Shown here one piece after another: positions 9,721-16,051 of a DNA stretch of 64,000 nucleotides. Position 1 is the first letter of the stretch; each line of letters begins with the position of its first letter. The position numbers were made by a program, and so were the translations under genes. The DNA lies in the NCBI GenBank assembly GCA_965116485.1, contig OZ220692.1, positions 2,459,152 through 2,523,151 on the forward strand. The letters are read 5' to 3'. Under the pieces are notes generated by a model, which was not told where the DNA came from, ran no database searches, and was given only the letters and a program-made list of their open reading frames with translations. The DNA is from Acidimicrobiales bacterium (GTDB lineage Bacteria > Actinomycetota > Acidimicrobiia > Acidimicrobiales > Aldehydirespiratoraceae).

Positions 9721-9726
9721 CCACTA

Positions 9727-9799
9727 TCCGGGGTAGCTCAATTGGCAGAGCGGTCGGCTGTTAACCGACATGTTGGAGGTTCGAGTCCTCCCCTCGGAG
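9727..9799 (+). tRNA. tRNA-Asn(GTT)
   Basis: 73 nt: acceptor tccgggg/cctcgga (U1-A72), loop ctGTTaa, T-arm ggagg-ttcgagt-cctcc. No CCA. Confidence 0.9.
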
Positions 9800-9824
9800 C
9801 TTGCACGAAGCGAGTTCAGTTCAT

Positions 9825-9897
9825 GCGCCTCTAGCTCATCTGGAAGAGCGTCGGACTCTTAATCCGAAGGCACTGGGTTCGAGTCCCAGGAGGCGTG
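9825..9897 (+). tRNA. tRNA-Lys(CTT)
   Basis: 73 nt: acceptor gcgcctc/gaggcgt, loop ctCTTaa, T-arm ctggg-ttcgagt-cccag. CCA encoded. Confidence 0.9.
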
Positions 9898-9901
9898 CCA
9901 A

Positions 9902-9973
9902 GCCCCGGCGGTCTACCGGATGGACACCTGGTTTTCACCCAGGAGGCAGCGGGTTCGACTCCCGTCCGGGGTA
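9902..9973 (+). tRNA. tRNA-Glu(TTC)
   Basis: 72 nt: acceptor gccccgg/ccggggt, 3-bp D stem gtc/gac as in tRNA-Glu, loop ttTTCac, T-arm gcggg-ttcgact-cccgt. No CCA. Confidence 0.85.
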
Positions 9974-10002
9974 CGGATGGCTCGTGTGAGCCGACAATTT
10001 TT

Positions 10003-10077
10003 GGCTTCATAGCTCAGTCTGGTTAGAGCGTTGCCCTGTCAAGGCAGAGGTCGCCGGTTCAAATCCGGTTGGAGCCG
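10003..10077 (+). tRNA. tRNA-Asp(GTC)
   Basis: 75 nt: acceptor ggcttca/tggagcc, D gctc/gagc, loop ctGTCaa, T-arm gccgg-ttcaaat-ccggt, G73. CCA encoded. Confidence 0.9.
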
Positions 10078-10089
10078 CCAAAACACCGA

Positions 10090-10163
10090 CGAGGTGTAGC
10101 TCAATTTGGAAGAGCGCCTGGTTCTGACCCAGAAGGTCGCGAGTTCGATCCTCGCCGCCCCTG
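10090..10163 (+). tRNA. tRNA-like gene with Gln(CTG) anticodon; weak acceptor stem, possible pseudogene
   Basis: 74 nt: good D arm (gctc-aatttggaa-gagc) and T-arm gcgag-ttcgatc-ctcgc, loop ttCTGac. Acceptor cgaggtg/cgcccct has two mismatches (1-72, 3-70), plus a C27xA43 mismatch. The 5' half is nearly identical to tRNA-Pro(TGG) at 9647. Confidence 0.5.
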
Positions 10164-10247
10164 CCAACTCGTACCACTGCACCGCGTCCGCACTAGCAAC
10201 CCGCACATTCGTCAGCAATTTCATAGTTAGTGTGGTAGATTGCAGAC

Positions 10248-11078
10248 ATGGTGAACTCCATTGAGCCACGGGAACTGCGCGACATGATGGTCGAGCGCGG
10301 CATCGAGTTCGCTAGCGCTTCGGAGATCGCTGGATGGATCGGCTGCAACCTTCAGGAGGTTCCGCATCGACTGCGCGGAGCGCGACAAGCACGAGAGATG
10401 GTGTGCGTGACGCGTCACGGCTGGGTGCCGACTATTGGTGGACGTGTTGCTCCGAGCACGTTTATGGAACCGATGATGAAACATCTCGGGCACCGGTACT
10501 ACATGGCTGGGTTGTCTGCTGCTGCCCGCCACGGGGCCTCGCACCAAGCGCTGATGGTGGACCACTACGCCACCGACGGGCACCTCTCCAGTCGGAGCAT
10601 CCGAGGGTCGAAGCGTGTTGTGATGTTCCACCGACCGCATATTACAGAGTTCCCGACTGTCGAAATACAAATCAGGAACAGAGCGGGACATGCGTGCCCC
10701 CTCAGAATCTCAACACCGGAAGTATCGTTGTTCGACTTGTTCGCGTTGCACCCGTTCTACGGACAGGATTCCAACCTGAACGTTGCCTGCGAGCTTCTCG
10801 ACCCAGGCCCGCACTTGGAGCCGGTGCTTGATCCCGAAGCGTTGGCTTCTGTGGCAATGCTCTACAGTGTGCCGACCAGACAACGCGTCGGCTTTCTGCT
10901 AGAGGAGATGGCAGAACATGTTGGACGCGACTTCGACCTTGACCCGTTGGAATCGACGTTGGGTGCCGCGGCTAGGACCGTCGAGTATGAGTACGACCCA
11001 GATCGCAGCGAACCACCTATCAAGCATCACGACCGATGGCGAGTGCGCCAGTGGTACGAGATGTGGCCTGACCTGTGA
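10248..11078 (+). CDS. AbiEi-like antitoxin/transcriptional regulator (type IV toxin-antitoxin)
   Basis: 276-aa ORF. Its size, N-terminal wHTH-like region and GTGA overlap with a downstream AbiEii-like fragment fit AbiEi. The family assignment is recollection-level and was not searched. Confidence 0.5.
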   Translation: MVNSIEPRELRDMMVERGIEFASASEIAGWIGCNLQEVPHRLRGARQAREMVCVTRHGWVPTIGGRVAPSTFMEPMMKHLGHRYYMAGLSAAARHGASHQALMVDHYATDGHLSSRSIRGSKRVVMFHRPHITEFPTVEIQIRNRAGHACPLRISTPEVSLFDLFALHPFYGQDSNLNVACELLDPGPHLEPVLDPEALASVAMLYSVPTRQRVGFLLEEMAEHVGRDFDLDPLESTLGAAARTVEYEYDPDRSEPPIKHHDRWRVRQWYEMWPDL

Positions 11079-11308
11079 TCCATCTAAGCGCAATCCAACA
11101 GTGGGAAGAGAATCACCCTTGGCAAGATGATTCCCAAATCGAGCAGGACTTACTTCTTGAAGCAGTGTTGCACCGTGCCGCGAGTACGGGCAGGTTCGGA
11201 GAACTGGTCTTCATAGGCGGGCACGGCGCTACCCCATGTCGACGACGGGTCGCTCCGGGAAAGACATGCCCGATTCACCGTCAACGGCCACAAGGCGCTC
11301 CTTCGTAG
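11075..11308 (+). pseudogene. AbiEii/DUF1814-type nucleotidyltransferase toxin, N-terminal fragment only
   Basis: 77-aa ORF. IEQDLLLEAVLHRAAS...LVFIGG resembles the N-terminus of AbiEii toxins (normally about 250-300 aa). The reading frame decays after FIGG and the gene abuts tRNA-Thr at 11334. Confidence 0.5.
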
Positions 11309-11333
11309 AAGCAAGCCGCCGGGTCTTCCTCTA

Positions 11334-11406
11334 GCCGTTGTAGCTCAGTTGGCAGAGCGCCGTCATGGTAAGACGGAGGTCGCCGGTTCGATCCCGGCCT
11401 TCGGCT
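11334..11406 (+). tRNA. tRNA-Thr(GGT), acceptor stem with two UxU mismatches
   Basis: 73 nt: acceptor gccgttg/cttcggc (5-68 and 6-67 are UxU), loop atGGTaa (A32), T-arm gccgg-ttcgatc-ccggc. No CCA. Confidence 0.7.
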
Positions 11407-11426
11407 CAACGAGCATCGAATATCTA

Positions 11427-11502
11427 GCCCCGTTGGTCTAGTTTGGCTTAGGACACCGCCCTTTCAAGGCGAAGATCACGGGTTCAAATCCCGTACGGGG
11501 TA
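11427..11502 (+). tRNA. tRNA-Glu(TTC)
   Basis: 76 nt: acceptor gccccgt/acggggt, 3-bp D stem gtc/gac with a 13-nt loop, loop ctTTCaa, T-arm acggg-ttcaaat-cccgt, A73. No CCA. Confidence 0.8.
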
Positions 11503-11562
11503 CTGTGCGCCGTAGTGCATCTGTTTGGACAGCGGACGTGTACGGTTTTTGTGGCGCATCAC

Positions 11563-11638
11563 GCTGCGTTGGTCTAGTCAGGTTCAGGACGCCGCCCTGT
11601 CAAGGCGGAGGACACGGGTTCAAATCCCGTACGTGGCG
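11563..11638 (+). tRNA. tRNA-Asp(GTC) built on a Glu-type body
   Basis: 76 nt: acceptor gctgcgt/acgtggc, the same 3-bp D stem gtc/gac with 13-nt loop and the identical T-arm acggg-ttcaaat-cccgt as the Glu gene at 11427, loop ctGTCaa, G73. Confidence 0.8.
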
Positions 11639-11646
11639 CTCATTGC

Positions 11647-11720
11647 AGGCGCGTAGCTCAGTTGGTTAGAGCGCTCCCCTGATAAGGGAGAGGCCGATGG
11701 TTCAACTCCATCCGTGCCTA
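11647..11720 (+). tRNA. tRNA-Ile(GAT)
   Basis: 74 nt: acceptor aggcgcg/cgtgcct, loop ctGATaa, T-arm gatgg-ttcaact-ccatc. No CCA. Confidence 0.9.
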
Positions 11721-11725
11721 CAAGA

Positions 11726-11815
11726 GGAACGGTGGCGGAGTCCGGTTGATCGCACCGCCCTGCTAAGGCGGAGACGCACGACGTGTGTCCGTGGGTTCAA
11801 ATCCCACCCGTTCCG
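11726..11815 (+). tRNA. tRNA-Ser(GCT)
   Basis: 90-nt class II tRNA: acceptor ggaacgg/ccgttcc, loop ctGCTaa, long variable arm, T-arm gtggg-ttcaaat-cccac. CCA encoded. Confidence 0.9.
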
Positions 11816-11822
11816 CCAACAT

Positions 11823-11896
11823 GTCGGCGTGCCCGAGCGGACTAAGGGAGCTGCCTGCAAAGCAGCGATTCACGGGTTCAAATCCCGTCGCCGACT
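11823..11896 (+). tRNA. tRNA-Cys(GCA)
   Basis: 74 nt: acceptor gtcggcg/cgccgac, anticodon arm gctgc-ctGCAaa-gcagc, T-arm acggg-ttcaaat-cccgt, U73 (Cys identity). CCA encoded. Confidence 0.85.
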
Positions 11897-11900
11897 CCAG

Positions 11901-11975
11901 GGTTCGGTAGCTCAGATTTGGAAGAGCGCCTGTCTGAAAAGCAGGAGGCCGGCGGTTCGATTCCTGCTCGAACCA
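11901..11975 (+). tRNA. tRNA-Phe(GAA) with a defective T stem
   Basis: 75 nt: acceptor ggttcgg/tcgaacc, loop ctGAAaa. The T-arm ggcgg-ttcgatt-cctgc has two mismatched pairs (50-64, 51-63). No CCA. Confidence 0.65.
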
Positions 11976-11984
11976 CATCAACAC

Positions 11985-12071
11985 GTCAGTATGGCGCGAG
12001 CGGCGAAGGCACTCGGCTGTAAACCGAGCGAGGCGAAAGCCTCTTCCCCGGTTCAAGTCCTGGTGCTGCCA
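11985..12071 (+). tRNA. tRNA-Tyr(GTA), class II, several imperfect pairs
   Basis: 87 nt: perfect anticodon arm ctcgg-ctGTAaa-ccgag and variable arm gaggc-gaaa-gcctc. Acceptor gtcagta/tgctgcc (one mismatch), weak 3-bp D stem, T-arm cccgg-ttcaagt-cctgg (one mismatch). Confidence 0.6.
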
Positions 12072-12084
12072 CACAGTCTCATAA

Positions 12085-12170
12085 GCGGGCGTGGCGAAGC
12101 TGGTAGACGCGCCGGGCTTAGGACCCGGTGGGGTGGAAGCCCCGTGTGAGTTCGACTCTCACCGCCCGCA
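12085..12170 (+). tRNA. tRNA-Leu(TAG)
   Basis: 86-nt class II tRNA: acceptor gcgggcg/cgcccgc, loop ctTAGga, T-arm gtgag-ttcgact-ctcac, A73. Confidence 0.9.
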
Positions 12171-12175
12171 CTCAC

Positions 12176-12249
12176 GGTGATATAGCTCAGTTGGTTAGAG
12201 CGGCGCGCTCATAACGCGTAGGCCCCTGGTTCGATTCCAGGTATCACCA
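12176..12249 (+). tRNA. tRNA with CAT anticodon (elongator Met or lysidine-type Ile2; not an initiator)
   Basis: 74 nt: acceptor ggtgata/tatcacc with G1-C72, loop ctCATaa, anticodon stem gcgcg/cgcgt (no GGG/CCC initiator signature), T-arm cctgg-ttcgatt-ccagg. Confidence 0.85.
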
Positions 12250-12259
12250 CCGAACACTC

Positions 12260-12345
12260 GCGGGAGTGGTGAAGCTGGTAGACACGCCAGATTCAAAATC
12301 TGGTGGGCTGAGAGGCCCGTGTGGGTTCGACCCCCACCTCCCGCA
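12260..12345 (+). tRNA. tRNA-Leu(CAA)
   Basis: 86-nt class II tRNA: acceptor gcgggag/ctcccgc, loop ttCAAaa, T-arm gtggg-ttcgacc-cccac. CCA encoded. Confidence 0.9.
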
Positions 12346-12356
12346 CCATCAGAATT

Positions 12357-12429
12357 GCCTCTGTAGCTCAATTGGATGAGCGTCCGGTTTCTACCCGGAG
12401 GGCTGCGGGTTCGAGTCCTGCCAGGGGCG
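12357..12429 (+). tRNA. tRNA-Arg(TCT)
   Basis: 73 nt: acceptor gcctctg/caggggc, loop ttTCTac, T-arm gcggg-ttcgagt-cctgc. No CCA. Confidence 0.9.
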
Positions 12430-12621
12430 CTGTTAGCTGACGATCTCCGCGTTGTTCACGGTGTGACCGACGCGTACGCGGCTTTGGTCAACGCGGCGAC
12501 AGCTTCGTAACGGTCGTCATGCCGAGCGCACGGCTCGATCCAAACCTGTTTCTGATCCACAACGTCGATGGTAACCACCCTGCCAGACGCCATTACGACG
12601 ATCTACAGTTCCCACCATCTT

Positions 12622-12694
12622 GCGTCTCTAGCTCAACTGGTAGAGCAGCGGACTTTTAATCCGACGGTTCTGGGTTCGAGTCCCAGGAGACGTT
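12622..12694 (+). tRNA. tRNA-Lys(TTT)
   Basis: 73 nt: acceptor gcgtctc/gagacgt, loop ctTTTaa, T-arm ctggg-ttcgagt-cccag. No CCA. Confidence 0.85.
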
Positions 12695-12736
12695 CTGCAA
12701 ACCGACACACACCAGAACACAGAGAGGACAACCGCG

Positions 12737-13279
12737 ATGTCGAAAGCGCTTCTGCTCAACGCCTCATACGAGCCGTTGCACGTCGTTTCAACGCGCCGCG
12801 CCCTGGGTCTGATCCTCGCCGGGAAAGCCGACCTCGTGGAAGCCGGTGACGGTGAGTGGCGTTCAGCGTCGCACACGTTCCCGGTTCCGTTGGTGCTGCG
12901 TCTGCGCTACATGGTGCGGATTCCGTTCACGGCGCGTGTCCCGTTGAACCGCAAGACGTTGAAGGTCCGTGACGACGGGAAGTGCCAGGTCGCATCGTGC
13001 CGCGCTAGTGGAACGACCATAGATCACGTCGTGCCGCGTTCGCGTGGTGGTGACCACTCTTGGACGAACGTCGTGTTGATGTGCTCAGACCACAACCTCC
13101 AGAAAGCCGACCGGCTGCTCAGCGAACTCGGCTGGCGGCTCAAAGCAGTCCCGCGCGCGCCGAGACAGCATCAACTCGTGCTCGCAACATCGAACACGAA
13201 ACCGGACCCAGCTTGGCAGCCGTACCTCGCCGGGGGATCACGGTTCTCTGGCTGCGTTGAACCAGGTTCGCTATGCTGA
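12737..13279 (+). CDS. HNH endonuclease
   Basis: 180-aa ORF with DHVVPRSRGGDHSWTNVVLMCSDHNLQK (H-N-H motif). Starts 43 nt after tRNA-Lys(TTT). Confidence 0.8.
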   Translation: MSKALLLNASYEPLHVVSTRRALGLILAGKADLVEAGDGEWRSASHTFPVPLVLRLRYMVRIPFTARVPLNRKTLKVRDDGKCQVASCRASGTTIDHVVPRSRGGDHSWTNVVLMCSDHNLQKADRLLSELGWRLKAVPRAPRQHQLVLATSNTKPDPAWQPYLAGGSRFSGCVEPGSLC

Positions 13280-13282
13280 GCT

Positions 13283-13489
13283 ATGAGCCGACGGGATGAT
13301 GTGCTGGTGAAGCACCGTGAAGCGATAGTCGCTGCTGCGAAACGAGAGAGGGCGCTCTCTTTCGCGTTCGTGGGTTCCACTGCCCGTGGTGAAGATATCC
13401 CCGACAGCGACCTGGACTTCCTAGTCGAGTTCAAGAAGGGCATCACCTTGTGCGGGATCGGTCGACTTGAAGCTGACCTTCAAGACATG
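13283..13489 (+). pseudogene. MNT-type nucleotidyltransferase (HEPN/MNT antitoxin-like), 3'-truncated
   Basis: FVGSTARGEDIPDSDLDFLVEF is the GSxxRG...SDxDLLV minimal-nucleotidyltransferase motif. Similarity ends near LEADLQD (about aa 68), and the rest of ORF 13283-13735 runs into the antisense of a tRNA. No HEPN partner is present. Confidence 0.55.
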
Positions 13490-13696
13490 CGTCGGATGGG
13501 ATGGGAACGGCGGCAAGGGTCAACAGCCGTCGAAAGCCGCTCGGCCCGGAGGGAAACCAGGCCAGCGCATACGCTCCCAAGACCAGCACAAACAAACCCG
13601 GACAGAGCCCCCACGGGCACCATCCGATATAAAGCCCCTAATTTGCCCTGTTCAGAAAGGGTGCTCGGCACCGGCCACGCCCGGCAACCAGCACAG

Positions 13697-13770
13697 CACC
13701 TCCGACAGGACTCGAACCTGCAACCTGCGAGGTAGAAGCTCGCTGCTCTATCCAGTTGAGCTACGGAGGC
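13697..13770 (-). tRNA. tRNA-Arg(TCT)
   Basis: 74 nt on the minus strand: acceptor gcctccg/cggaggt, loop ctTCTac, T-arm gcagg-ttcgagt-cctgt. Confidence 0.85.
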
Positions 13771-13854
13771 ACAATAATCGTACGCCGAGTGCCGCAACTC
13801 GGTACACTCAATGCCTGACTCCGCTCCGGGTCAACGCTCGGAACGGGGCAACAT

Positions 13855-13929
13855 GGTGGGCGTAGCTCAGTTGGTTAGAGCGCCTGGTTGTGGTCCAGGA
13901 GGTCGGGGGTTCGAGTCCCCTCGTTCACC
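13855..13929 (+). tRNA. tRNA-His(GTG) with encoded G-1
   Basis: 75 nt including G-1 (13855) opposite C73: acceptor gtgggcg/cgttcac, loop ttGTGgt, T-arm ggggg-ttcgagt-cccct. Confidence 0.9.
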
Positions 13930-13955
13930 CGTAGAATCGCCTTCGGTCGATACGC

Positions 13956-14028
13956 GCACCTCTAGCTCAATTGGCAGAGCAACGGACTCTTAATCCGCAG
14001 GTTCTGGGTTCGAGTCCCAGGGGGTGTA
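13956..14028 (+). tRNA. tRNA-Lys(CTT)
   Basis: 73 nt: acceptor gcacctc/ggggtgt, loop ctCTTaa, T-arm ctggg-ttcgagt-cccag. CCA encoded at 14029-14031. Confidence 0.85.
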
Positions 14029-14102
14029 CCACAGGCTCCAGATCTTGCACTGCCTCAGCGGAGCCACAACAGCGAATCGAGCAGTTTCACGAAGCTGGCT
14101 CC

Positions 14103-14534
14103 CTAGTGCGGATTCAGAACCTCGACGCGCCGCGGGTCAGCAGAGATCGCTGCCATAGCCTGGTCGAAAGTGGCAACGCAACCGTCGTAGCGCTCGGCCA
14201 AGGACAACAGGTGGAGATCGGTGACCTGTCGATGACCGGTGACCCCCGCTCGGTGCCAAGCCTGCGAGCGTGCCGGAACGATGTCGTCCACCCAGAATCG
14301 GTGCCCGGTGAATTCGGTGAGTGATCGCAGCACCGCCGCTGCCTCCCGCGGTGGGCGAGCATCAGCGAGTACACGCGAGTTCGAGGAAACACGGATAAAG
14401 CCCAACTGCACCACGGCCGACGTAGCCCATGATTCAACCCTTCGGGAGAGAAACCAGTCGACGGCTGCGCCGTGGTGAAGATGAGTAGGCCATGCCAAGG
14501 CAACGAGTACGTTGACGTCTAGAAGTGGTGTCAC
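14103..14534 (-). CDS. vapC: PIN-domain toxin VapC
   Basis: 143 aa: LLDVNVLVAL N-terminal acidic motif, later VTDLHLLSLA and ATFD acidic positions typical of PIN. 4-bp overlap with the upstream antitoxin gene. Confidence 0.8.
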   Translation of the reverse strand: MTPLLDVNVLVALAWPTHLHHGAAVDWFLSRRVESWATSAVVQLGFIRVSSNSRVLADARPPREAAAVLRSLTEFTGHRFWVDDIVPARSQAWHRAGVTGHRQVTDLHLLSLAERYDGCVATFDQAMAAISADPRRVEVLNPH

Positions 14535-14752
14535 CAGTCTTCGCTCGCTGAACGGACCATCTCAGGGGTGATTGGTTGACTGGCTGGTTCGACGGTGAAT
14601 CCCGGAACAGCACGCCTCGTGTCCACAGGCCGGTCTTGCAGTCCTTTGCGAGCCAAGTCCGAAACTGCGGTACCGACCGATACACCACGTTCGCGAGCGA
14701 GCGAGCGCGCCACCGCAAGAACATCATCAGCCAAATTCAGTGTTGTGCGCAT
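14531..14752 (-). CDS. vapB: VapB-type antitoxin
   Basis: About 73 aa: MRTTLNLADDVLAVARSLARERGVSVGTAVSDLARKGL is typical of VapB-like antitoxins. The ORF track starts at GTG 14755; ATG 14752 is the likelier start. Confidence 0.7.
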   Translation of the reverse strand: MRTTLNLADDVLAVARSLARERGVSVGTAVSDLARKGLQDRPVDTRRAVPGFTVEPASQPITPEMVRSASEDW

Positions 14753-14758
14753 CACAAC

Positions 14759-14787
14759 ATCATAGCATCATATTGCGGTTTTGACAC
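14759..14787 (-). promoter_or_regulatory. Candidate vapBC promoter giving a leaderless mRNA
   Basis: Minus strand reads gtgtca-N17-TATGAT-gttgtg-ATG. The -10 TATGAT (14759-14764) ends 6 nt before ATG 14752. A direct repeat atcata-gc-atcata overlaps the -10. Confidence 0.35.
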
Positions 14788-14813
14788 TACGGATTACCTT
14801 GCGGTGGGGAACC

Positions 14814-14925
14814 AACCCGCGGGCGATCGACAAAGTGACCGGGTCACCGGCGTGGATCGAGGCGAACAGCACCGCGACCATGGCGACCGCTGCTGCCAGC
14901 AAGTCCAGGAGCGGAGGAAACTCCG
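14814..14925 (-). pseudogene. 112-bp fragment homologous to the membrane-protein gene at 32276-33130
   Basis: 14814-14925 aligns without gaps to 32661-32772 (about 15 mismatches by eye). It translates to PPLLDLLAAAVAMVAVLFASIHAGDPVTLSIARGLV versus PPSLDLAAAAVAMVAVLFASINAGDPVALSIARGLV. Confidence 0.8.
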
Positions 14926-14939
14926 ACGTCTGCGTCGAG

Positions 14940-15236
14940 ATCGTGCTCAACAACGTGCCCACCCTGGGTGAATCGCATCAGGCATGGCAGCTCAACGAGA
15001 TCAGCTCGCTGATCTGGCCGTCCCCGCTCGGAGCGGGCGTGATGGACCCGGACCTGTGGGCCCAGACGGTCGACGTCGCCACCAGCGAGGGCATTCTCGG
15101 CGCAGCTCCGGACGACGGCGCCGATCGCACCGACATCGCCGAAGAGGCGCTCGAGAACCTGCGCGATCAGGGCATCGACGTGGTCGGCTCCGATTTCGAA
15201 CGGATTGTCGTCGAGCTTCGCGAAGGCGGCGAGTAG
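14940..15236 (+). pseudogene. 3' fragment of a solute-binding-protein-like gene
   Basis: Only the tail ...NNVPTLGESHQAWQLNEISSLIWPSPLGAGVMDPDLWAQTVDV...VVGSDFERIVVELREGGE reads like a real protein. It resembles the C-terminus of NMT1/THI5-type ABC substrate-binding proteins, which is weak recollection-level similarity. No N-terminal part is present. Confidence 0.3.
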
Positions 15237-15263
15237 CGCACGCGCCCGGCAGAACCTGATCCG

Positions 15264-15644
15264 CTAAAGCGGATCCGACTGGAAGACGCCCAGGACGTTG
15301 CCGCTCGGGTCCAAGAAGTGGAACCGCCGTCCCCCCGGGTAGGGGTAGATCGCTGAGATGATCTCCCCTCCCGCGGCGACCACTTCAGTCTGTTTGGCTT
15401 CGATGTCGGAGCAGCTGACCAGCACGAACGGACCGATCGGGTCCTCTGATCCCGGCGCATGGGCCGGGGCGGCCGTACCCGCGCCGTTGAGTCCGACCTC
15501 GACCGCGCCGCCTTCGTGGGCGACATAGCTGGGCCCGTATTCGGTCCAGTCCCAGCCGAACACCCGGCTGTAGAACTGCTTGGTCTGCTCCAACTGCGGC
15601 GCAGGAAGCTCAACGTAGTCGATCTGCAATCTGTCGCTCGCCAT
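15264..15644 (-). CDS. VOC (glyoxalase/bleomycin-resistance) family protein
   Basis: 126 aa: IDYVELPAPQLEQTKQFYSRVFGW ... RRFHFLDPSGNVLGVF is a typical VOC-fold pattern. Confidence 0.75.
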   Translation of the reverse strand: MASDRLQIDYVELPAPQLEQTKQFYSRVFGWDWTEYGPSYVAHEGGAVEVGLNGAGTAAPAHAPGSEDPIGPFVLVSCSDIEAKQTEVVAAGGEIISAIYPYPGGRRFHFLDPSGNVLGVFQSDPL

Positions 15645-15719
15645 CGCCCGACTCTACCCGGCCACACAGCCGACCACATAAGCAACCGGGGCTCCGGCTA
15701 CGCCCGGCGACCAGCAACG

Positions 15720-15793
15720 CACCTCCGACAGGACTCGACCCTGCAACCCGCGAGGTAGAAGCTCGCTGCTCTGTCCAGTCGAGCTACGGTGGC
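15720..15793 (-). tRNA. tRNA-Arg(TCT) copy 2, probably degenerate
   Basis: Same frame as 13697-13770, but acceptor gccaccg/cggaggt has an A4xA69 mismatch and the T-loop reads gtcgagt (T54 replaced by G). Confidence 0.55.
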
Positions 15794-15877
15794 GGAATAA
15801 TCGTACGCCGAGTGCCGCAACTCGGCACCCCCAATGCCTGACTCCGCTCCGGGTCAACGCCCGGGACGGGGCAACAT

Positions 15878-15952
15878 GGTGGGCGTAGCTCAGTTGGTTA
15901 GAGCGCCTGGTTGTGGTCCAGGAGGTCGGGGCTTCGAATCCCCTCGTTCACC
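15878..15952 (+). tRNA. tRNA-His(GTG) copy 2, T-arm altered
   Basis: Identical acceptor, G-1 and anticodon arm to copy 1. The T-arm is ggggc-ttcgaat-cccct, which breaks the near-invariant G53-C61 pair. Confidence 0.65.
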
Positions 15953-15978
15953 CGTAGAATCGCCTTCGGTCGATTCGC

Positions 15979-16051
15979 GCACCTCTAGCTCAATTGGCAG
16001 AGCAACGGACTCTTAATCCGCAGGTTCTGGGTTCGAGACCCAGGGGGTGTA
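15979..16051 (+). tRNA. tRNA-Lys(CTT) copy 2
   Basis: Same cloverleaf as 13956-14028. T-loop is ttcgaga, and the 3' trailer is caa instead of cca. Confidence 0.75.

Larger units (their letters stand above)
13671..14032. repeat. 362-bp three-tRNA cassette, copy 1 (Arg-TCT minus strand / His-GTG / Lys-CTT)
   Basis: Aligns base for base, with no net indel, with 15694-16055. Roughly 90 percent identical by eye. Confidence 0.85.

Noticed and set aside
12456-12593. 45-codon minus-strand ORF (MASGRVVTIDVVDQKQVWIEPCARHDDRYEAVAALTKAAYASVTP) in the spacer between Arg(TCT) and Lys(TTT)
   Set aside because: No recognisable family, no clear ribosome-binding site, and very short. It could be a gene remnant, but I cannot support a call.
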